DNA of 64,000 nt, taken from Eubacteriales bacterium (GTDB taxonomy: Bacteria > Bacillota > Clostridia > Oscillospirales > CAG-272). Under the pieces are notes generated by a model. It was not told the origin of the DNA. It was given only the letters and a program-made list of their open reading frames with translations, and did not search any database. Of the stretch, positions 57,718 through 64,000 are shown one piece after another. The stretch is taken from positions 3,544-67,543 of the forward strand of contig JAZRBV010000014.1 of assembly GCA_045635225.1 (NCBI GenBank), written 5' to 3'. Both the position numbers and the translations under genes were made by a program. Numbering within the stretch: position 1 is the first letter of the stretch; each line of letters starts with the position of its first letter.

Positions 57718-60057
57718 ATGAAAACTTACTTTGATCTTGGACGTGACGGTTACGTCGTGAATTTCCTTACGACACGGCCTGCCATCGGTGATTTTGAGGC
57801 GCCGTACGCGCTGAAGGATCAGCTCGAGTTCGAGCGACAGATGCGCGAGATATATTACAGAGAGCCATCGGGCTACCCCTGCGCGGCGGCACTCGGCGAG
57901 TGTGCACCGAACGGCGAGAAGTGGATCTACTACACCGATAACAGAAACCCTTACGTGGATTTCTCCAAATTTTATTTCACCCTGACCGAGGTTACCTTCC
58001 CTGTCATGACGACTCTCGTCTCGGATAAGGCGAGACTTGTCCGCGCGAGAGTGTGGTCCTACGCCGCGTTTGATATGTGGTGCGGCGGTGAGCACGTCGC
58101 ACGTGAGCGGGTGCCGGTATACCAGCCGATCAGATACACCGACGTGACGCTCAGGCTGAATGCGGGCGAGAACGACGTTTTCCTTCTCGTGCAGAATTTC
58201 GGTGTGCGCGATACAAGAAATATGATATCGTTCCAGCTCCTCGATACCGAGGGCATTACGGTAACGCTTCCTGTAGAGGACGAGACTCTCGCGAAACTTG
58301 CCGAGGCGGAGGAATGGTTCGCAGGTCTCGTTGTGCGTGACGGCGCACTTGTGGCACCCCGTGTCGCGAAATTCCCTGTCGACGTGATGATAAACGGCAA
58401 TACCGAGACCGTTAAAAACGCTGAAAAAATCGAGATCGGCGACGCCTTCCGCATAGCTCTCAGTGCTACCGTATGCGCCCAGAGCTTTGAGAGAGTGATC
58501 GAAAGGTACGAATATTGCAAGCCCGAGAGAGTTGATCGCGGTGGCGCTGATCCTTGGCACTATCTTGCCGCAGAGGGACTCAAGGAATGTAATTATTACG
58601 GCGAGACCCCAGAGTCGATGTGTAAAATGTACAATCACGGCGCGTCGATCTACACCTTTGCACACGTGCTGGAGTGCGGCGGCAAATACGACGAGCGCGC
58701 TATCGCCGACGTGCGTGAGGAGCTTAAGCTCGTGGATAAGCGCGGCGACTGCTCCGACTTTATCCTCTCGATGATACTTCATCTTTACTGCAAGACGGAT
58801 ATGCCCGACTTCCTGAAGGAGGAGGTGCATAAAACGGCGCTTGGCTTCCGTTATTGGATGGACGAGAACGGAGCTGACGCGATGTGCTTCTGGTCGGAGA
58901 ATCACGCGCTGACATTCTATTCCTGTCAGTACATCGCCGGCATGCTGTTCCCCGACGATACGTTCCTGCGCTCGGGCAGGACGGGCAGGGAGCAGATGGC
59001 GGTTGCCGAACGCCGCATCCGTGAGTGGCTCGACGTTATAGAGGTTGAGGGATATGAGGAATTCTGCGCGGGCGGCTATCTTGCGGTTACCGCGGTTGCG
59101 CTTATGTTCGTTTACGATTACTGCTCGGCAGAGCTGCGCGAGCGCGCAAGGCTTCTTATGGACGATATCGCGCGCCAGTGTGCGCTTCAGTGCTTCCACG
59201 GCTTACACCTAGCGCCTATGGGCAGAGTTTATCGCGGTGCTCTTATACCCTTTGCATCGTCGGTACAGTCGCTCTTATTTGCTCTGTCTGATGAGAATAT
59301 TCATTTTACGTATGCAAAGCTTGCGGTATTTGCGCTCTCGGATTACAGATTCCCCGACGTGACCGCAGAGATGCGCAATGATGCTGACGTCGTATTCAAC
59401 AGCGGCAGAGCCGAAATACATACGAGAAAGACAAAGGATTATATGCTCACTGCGGTCGCATCTCCCCGCACGAGCACTCCGCCCTCGGTTGAAAATACCG
59501 ATACCGAGTACTTCCGCACCAAGGTCATGAACGAGTCCTTCCACGGAACCTCGCTCTTCACCCCCGGTGGCAACGGCTATCAGCAGCACCTCTGGTATGC
59601 GGCACTTTCGGATAGCTTCTACACCTTTGTAAACCTGCCCGGCACAGAGCGCGATATGTGTCAGATGCGCCCGGGATATTGGTACGGTAACCTCATCTTC
59701 CCCGCACAGAAGCAGGTGGAGAACGAGCTCTTCGTACACTACGAGATTCCCGAGAGAGTGCCGACGAAGTTCACTCACGCATATTTCCCGGCGTATGCTG
59801 CCGATGAGATCAGAGAGGATGGCGGCTTCCGCTTTGCACGCGTTGGTGACGGCTACCTCGCACTCTGGTGCTCCGAGCCTCTCGTGCTCTGGGAGGCTGA
59901 CGCTGTCATAGACGCCGATCTGCGCGCATATGGCGACAGGATGGCTTGGTACGTTCGCGTAGGATCAAAGGATGAGGACGGCAGCTTTGACGATTTCTGC
60001 AATTCCTGCATCACTTCCGGTATAACCTACGACAAGGTAGTTAATACTCTTAAATAA
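57718..60057 (+). CDS. Large hypothetical protein (779 aa), possibly carbohydrate-active
   Basis: Long ORF with RBS ggagg and conserved-looking CFWSENH and RPGYWYGN segments. No family can be named confidently. Confidence 0.8.
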   Translation: MKTYFDLGRDGYVVNFLTTRPAIGDFEAPYALKDQLEFERQMREIYYREPSGYPCAAALGECAPNGEKWIYYTDNRNPYVDFSKFYFTLTEVTFPVMTTLVSDKARLVRARVWSYAAFDMWCGGEHVARERVPVYQPIRYTDVTLRLNAGENDVFLLVQNFGVRDTRNMISFQLLDTEGITVTLPVEDETLAKLAEAEEWFAGLVVRDGALVAPRVAKFPVDVMINGNTETVKNAEKIEIGDAFRIALSATVCAQSFERVIERYEYCKPERVDRGGADPWHYLAAEGLKECNYYGETPESMCKMYNHGASIYTFAHVLECGGKYDERAIADVREELKLVDKRGDCSDFILSMILHLYCKTDMPDFLKEEVHKTALGFRYWMDENGADAMCFWSENHALTFYSCQYIAGMLFPDDTFLRSGRTGREQMAVAERRIREWLDVIEVEGYEEFCAGGYLAVTAVALMFVYDYCSAELRERARLLMDDIARQCALQCFHGLHLAPMGRVYRGALIPFASSVQSLLFALSDENIHFTYAKLAVFALSDYRFPDVTAEMRNDADVVFNSGRAEIHTRKTKDYMLTAVASPRTSTPPSVENTDTEYFRTKVMNESFHGTSLFTPGGNGYQQHLWYAALSDSFYTFVNLPGTERDMCQMRPGYWYGNLIFPAQKQVENELFVHYEIPERVPTKFTHAYFPAYAADEIREDGGFRFARVGDGYLALWCSEPLVLWEADAVIDADLRAYGDRMAWYVRVGSKDEDGSFDDFCNSCITSGITYDKVVNTLK

Positions 60058-60351
60058 GCTAAATACCCACATTTTGTAATCTTAGGTTTGCAAAATGTGG
60101 GTGTTTTTTAACCTTTGTATTTTTTATTTATTGCTCAAAGCTACTGTTTTTTACCTTTAAATTTGCGTTCGGCATCGAGTCGCTACAGTGAATTCTTATG
60201 GCTTTTTTCTATTTATAGATAGAAATATTCTATTTACTTAAATTACGTGCGGTGATAGAATATGATTGTGATCGGATACTTCGTGGGCGTATTTTTTGCG
60301 GCGTGCGCGGATTTAGTATCCTCTATACGTTATTTCGGTAGGAGAACTGTT

Positions 60352-61620
60352 ATGAAAAAGAAAATCAAAATGGGTATATTCGGTCTCGGTCGAGGCCTCA
60401 ACAATGCAAAGTCCATGCTCCTCAATGGAGCGGAGATCGTCGCGGTGTGCGACATCAAGCACAGACTTCGCGATAAGGCAAGGGAGCAGCTCGGAGACGT
60501 TGCGGTATTCTCGGATTTTGACGAATTTATCAAATCGGATATGGATGCGGTATATCTTGCGAACTACTTCCCCGAGCACGCGCCCTATGCTATCAAGGCT
60601 CTCGAGCGAGGTATTCACGTGATCTCCGAGTGCGCATCGAACGGCACTATGGCGGAGGGCGTAGAGCTGGTCCGCGCGGCTGAGAAATCGGATGCGATCT
60701 ATATGCTCGCCGAGAACTATCCTTATATGCTCTTTAACCGGGAGATGCAGAGGGTGTATCAGTCCGGAGTCCTCGGCCGGGTGATGTATGCCGAGGGCGA
60801 GTATAATCACCCCGGTAGGGGCACCGACAAGAACACCGTCATAGAGCTATACGACAGCGAGAAGCACTGGAGATGTCATCTGCCGAGAACCTATTATCTC
60901 ACACATTCGCTCGGCCCTCTGATGATGGCGACCAGGTCTACTCCCATACGCGTCAGCGCAACGCCCATCTTCATCAATACGCCGACTCCGGAGCACGAGG
61001 ATGAGATCATCAGCGGCAACTGCAACGGTGACAGGACTGCCATCATCGTGACGAAAAACGACGACGGATCGGTATACCGTTTCGTGGGTAATTCGTCGTT
61101 TGGAGCTCACGGCAACACTTACAGAATTGCAGGTACGAAGGGACAGATCGAGAACGTGCGCGGCACCGACGGTATGGTAAACCTGAACTTTAACGAATGG
61201 GATATTCCCGAGGGATACGAGAAGCACAAATATTACAAGCCCGAGGAGCCGGAGTCAGACAAATGGCTCTCCTCGCAGACCGGTCACGGCGGCGGTGACT
61301 ACTATATGTTCAAGGACTTCTTCGATTGCATCAGGACCGGCAGGCGTCCATATCTCGACGTGTACGTTGCGACGCATATGATGTCGGTCGCTATCCTCGC
61401 GCACAGAAGCGTACTGAACGGCGGCATCCCCTACGACGTGCCCGATTTCAGACGCGAGGAGGACAGAGTGAAGTGGGAGAACGACAGAGAGACGCCCTTC
61501 TATACCTACGGTACGGGCGAGCCGACGATCCGATCCTGCTCCGAAGCAGACTTTAAACCGATCGAGGGAAGACTGCAGCGATTCCGCGACGTGCTCGCAG
61601 AGGTGGATAACTCGAATTGA
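60352..61620 (+). CDS. Gfo/Idh/MocA family oxidoreductase
   Basis: GIFGLGRG, HVISEC, AENYPY, EGEYNH, YYLTHSLGP and GHGGGD. Confidence 0.9.
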   Translation: MKKKIKMGIFGLGRGLNNAKSMLLNGAEIVAVCDIKHRLRDKAREQLGDVAVFSDFDEFIKSDMDAVYLANYFPEHAPYAIKALERGIHVISECASNGTMAEGVELVRAAEKSDAIYMLAENYPYMLFNREMQRVYQSGVLGRVMYAEGEYNHPGRGTDKNTVIELYDSEKHWRCHLPRTYYLTHSLGPLMMATRSTPIRVSATPIFINTPTPEHEDEIISGNCNGDRTAIIVTKNDDGSVYRFVGNSSFGAHGNTYRIAGTKGQIENVRGTDGMVNLNFNEWDIPEGYEKHKYYKPEEPESDKWLSSQTGHGGGDYYMFKDFFDCIRTGRRPYLDVYVATHMMSVAILAHRSVLNGGIPYDVPDFRREEDRVKWENDRETPFYTYGTGEPTIRSCSEADFKPIEGRLQRFRDVLAEVDNSN

Positions 61621-61666
61621 GTAAGACTCGGCAGCTTTTACCCGATAAGCGGCGGATAGCTCATAC

Positions 61667-61695
61667 TTGACTTTTCGTTCTGTAAGTGATATAAT
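61667..61695 (+). promoter_or_regulatory. Sigma-A promoter TTGACT-N17-TATAAT
   Basis: Motifs at 61667-61672 and 61690-61695. Confidence 0.7.
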
Positions 61696-61758
61696 AACCG
61701 CGGCGGTGTTGACTGCCGCGGCTGTGCTTTTTAATGAGCGCGCAGAAACGGAGAGAAA

Positions 61759-62577
61759 ATGAAGCTTGCAATTACTAATTACTACTTAAATAAATACGGA
61801 AACACCGACGGTGCTAAGAAAATGGCTGAGCACGGCTATACCTCGGTCGACTATTCGCTTATGAATACCGAGGAGGGACTCTACGCCCTGCGCGACGACA
61901 GATTTGTGATCGAGGTGACGAAGCTTCGCCGTGAGATCGAGTCGGGCGGTATCAAGGTGGATACGGTACACGGACCGTGGAGATTTCCCTCTGATGCCAC
62001 GGATAGCGATAGGGCAGAGCGCTTTGAGAAGATGACGAAGGCGATGGTGATCGCGCGTTACCTCGGTGCGAAATATATGACGGTACATCCGCTGATGCCC
62101 TACGGTATAAGCGGTACGGAGCCATCGGAGGTATACGCTATCAACCGTCAGTACTTCTCGGCGCTTGCAAACGTCGGTAAAAATCTCGGCATCACCGTGT
62201 GCCTTGAGAATCTTCCGTTCCCGATCTTTTCGCTCTCGACACCCGAGAGCATCGCGGCGCTCGTGCGCGATATCAACAGCCCGTATTTGAAGATATGTCT
62301 GGACGTGGGTCACGCAAACGTGTTCGACACGCCGATCGGAGAATCGGTGCGCGAGCTCGGAGAGCTTATAGCTATGGTACACGCGCATGACAATTTCGGT
62401 GACGACGACAGTCACAACGTGCCATATAACGGTACGGTCGATTGGATGAATTTCGCCGAGGCACTCTTCGATATCGCCTTTGACGGTGTGATCTCACTCG
62501 AGTGTAAGCCCGAGACGCAGGATGTAGAGGGAGAGGAGAGCCTCGCTCGGGTCGGCAGACTGATTGCTGGCATCTGA
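61759..62577 (+). CDS. Sugar phosphate isomerase/epimerase (xylose isomerase-like TIM barrel)
   Basis: CLENL, CLDVGH, HAHDNFG and SLEC motifs. Confidence 0.88.
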   Translation: MKLAITNYYLNKYGNTDGAKKMAEHGYTSVDYSLMNTEEGLYALRDDRFVIEVTKLRREIESGGIKVDTVHGPWRFPSDATDSDRAERFEKMTKAMVIARYLGAKYMTVHPLMPYGISGTEPSEVYAINRQYFSALANVGKNLGITVCLENLPFPIFSLSTPESIAALVRDINSPYLKICLDVGHANVFDTPIGESVRELGELIAMVHAHDNFGDDDSHNVPYNGTVDWMNFAEALFDIAFDGVISLECKPETQDVEGEESLARVGRLIAGI

Positions 62578-62751
62578 TACACGCTTCACCGCGACCCTAG
62601 GGACTGTTGCTCACGTACCCATATACGACGCTATATTAATAAAAAATACGCATTATTTTCACAGAACCTATCAAGGTAAATCGGTGATTATAATGCGTAT
62701 TTTTGCGCTTTTTGTAAAGTATAATTGTCTAAATTGAGTATTTTAGAGCTA

Positions 62752-63678
62752 TTATATGTGGTTCTCGTACATTTCTGCCGTGATTATCCCATCGCGGATA
62801 TCCAGACGGCATACACGCGCGGTGCGATCCTCGCGATATTCCTCCCCGGGCTCTTTGTAGTCTCTGCCGTGATAGTAGGATAGGTAGATGTCCCCGAGCT
62901 TCAGTACGCTGTTGTGACCGCATCCCTCCTCGTAGGAGCTACCTGTTATTACGGGGTGAAAGCCGCCGTTTTCCGTTACCTTACGGAACTCTACACGACG
63001 AAGATCTGCCTCGCGGCTTTTTGCCACGGCGTATCCGACGTGATACGTGTTGTCCTGATAACAGCCGCCGCTATACATCAGATATTGATACTCACCGTCG
63101 GAGAGCCAGAACGGTCCCTCTACGGTGTGCCACTTATGCGTTTCGGTGCAGTTGGGAGTAAACAGCTCCTCGTCACAGGTCGGTACGATCTTTTCGACGG
63201 GCTTATTCTCGGGTGTATACGGATCAATGAAGCGGTCGACGAAAACGCGCGTGCCTATCCTGCCGTCACACTCATAGCGGTTCTCGGCGTAGAAGAGAAA
63301 GAGTCCTGCCTCGGTCTCTACCATATGTGAGTCGATGGTAAAGCGGTCGTAGAGCATCCTCTCGTTTTTGAACGGGCCGAGGGGAGAGTCCGACTCTGCG
63401 ACGTGCATGTGCTGAAACGCGCCCGTCTTCTCACACGAGACGTACATATAGTATTTTCCTCGATATTTTATCACCGACGGCGCCCAATAATTTCTAGCTC
63501 CGTCAAATCGCGCGACCTCGCCCTCGTAGTGCCAGATTCCGAGCGGATCGGTAGCACTGTATGCCTCGACACCGCCACAGCCCTCGGTCACCGTTACGTA
63601 CATATAATATTTGTCACCGTCCCGGATAACGAAGGGATCGGGCTGCTTTTTGCCGTTTATATCAAAATTCAGTTTCAT
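62752..63678 (-). CDS. Glycoside hydrolase family 43
   Basis: PDPFV (catalytic base), WAPSV, TIDSH, TVEGPF and GHNSV. Confidence 0.9.
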   Translation of the reverse strand: MKLNFDINGKKQPDPFVIRDGDKYYMYVTVTEGCGGVEAYSATDPLGIWHYEGEVARFDGARNYWAPSVIKYRGKYYMYVSCEKTGAFQHMHVAESDSPLGPFKNERMLYDRFTIDSHMVETEAGLFLFYAENRYECDGRIGTRVFVDRFIDPYTPENKPVEKIVPTCDEELFTPNCTETHKWHTVEGPFWLSDGEYQYLMYSGGCYQDNTYHVGYAVAKSREADLRRVEFRKVTENGGFHPVITGSSYEEGCGHNSVLKLGDIYLSYYHGRDYKEPGEEYREDRTARVCRLDIRDGIITAEMYENHI

Positions 63679-63727
63679 ATATCCTTATAAATGAGGGGCA
63701 CTGTGTCAGTGCCCCGTACGGTTGCGT

Positions 63728-64000
63728 TTATTTTGAATTTCTTGCGAGCATTTCGATGAGCTCTGTGTCGAGCGCACCGAGATTTATGAGAATGAGGATC
63801 TTCGCCTCGTCGCCCTCAAGCTCTGCGATAAGTGCATAGACGTCGGTGTATTCGGTGTCGGTGTCGGGATCGTCCCCGCCGCCTGTTTCACCACCACTTT
63901 CAACGACGGTTTTACCGCACTCGGTGCAGGTCTTGGTTACCGTATTGCCGTCGACGGTCTCGTTCCATATGTGAACGCCGGTCTTCGGGATAGTCTCACC
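63728..64000 (-). CDS. 3' end of a probably extracellular protein (partial, runs off the window)
   Basis: Open frame of 90 residues GETIPKTGVHIWNE...TKTCTECGKT...ARNSK*, with an H.W...CxxC surface-protein-like repeat. Confidence 0.6.
   Translation of the reverse strand, partial: GETIPKTGVHIWNETVDGNTVTKTCTECGKTVVESGGETGGGDDPDTDTEYTDVYALIAELEGDEAKILILINLGALDTELIEMLARNSK

Noticed and set aside
57703-59199. Long antisense ORFs (also 4066-4968, 10663-11817, 14207-15691, 19006-20562, 21328-22590, 25058-26437, 33552-34607)
   Set aside because: They are shadows of well-supported genes on the opposite strand, expected from biased codon usage, and show no motifs or RBS.

Overview
This is a bacterial chromosomal segment that looks like an anaerobic Clostridia/Oscillospirales-type genome (inferred from gene content, sigma-A promoters and GC-rich codon usage). 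Core metabolic genes: histidine phosphatase, ASCH, GH20, two PHP hydrolases, a Re-citrate synthase-like/GntR/aconitase operon, trpS, rnhA, cysK, tcdA, nagA, an RlmL-like methyltransferase, DMT and ABC transporters, Gfo/Idh/MocA and sugar epimerase genes, and GH43. It also carries a GldA/F/G-like ABC cluster followed by two exported trigger-factor-like proteins. The most unusual part is the accessory region at about 34.7-43.8 kb, around the divergent tRNA-Thr(GGT) and tRNA-Ile2(CAT) genes. Both tRNAs share a trailer element built from inverted and direct copies of their own 3' ends. Copies of the tRNA-Ile 3' end recur downstream and separate single-gene cassettes (Tyr phosphatase, BRO-Fic, Zn-ribbon nuclease). 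Several mini-arrays consist of a 7-10 bp repeat alternating with variable hairpin spacers, one beside a broken four-helix-bundle gene. A TGTAAA-N6-TTTACA palindrome recurs in intergenic DNA, mostly at gene 3' ends. I recognised no integrase, transposase, cas gene or rRNA. All protein family calls come from motif recognition by eye, not database searches.
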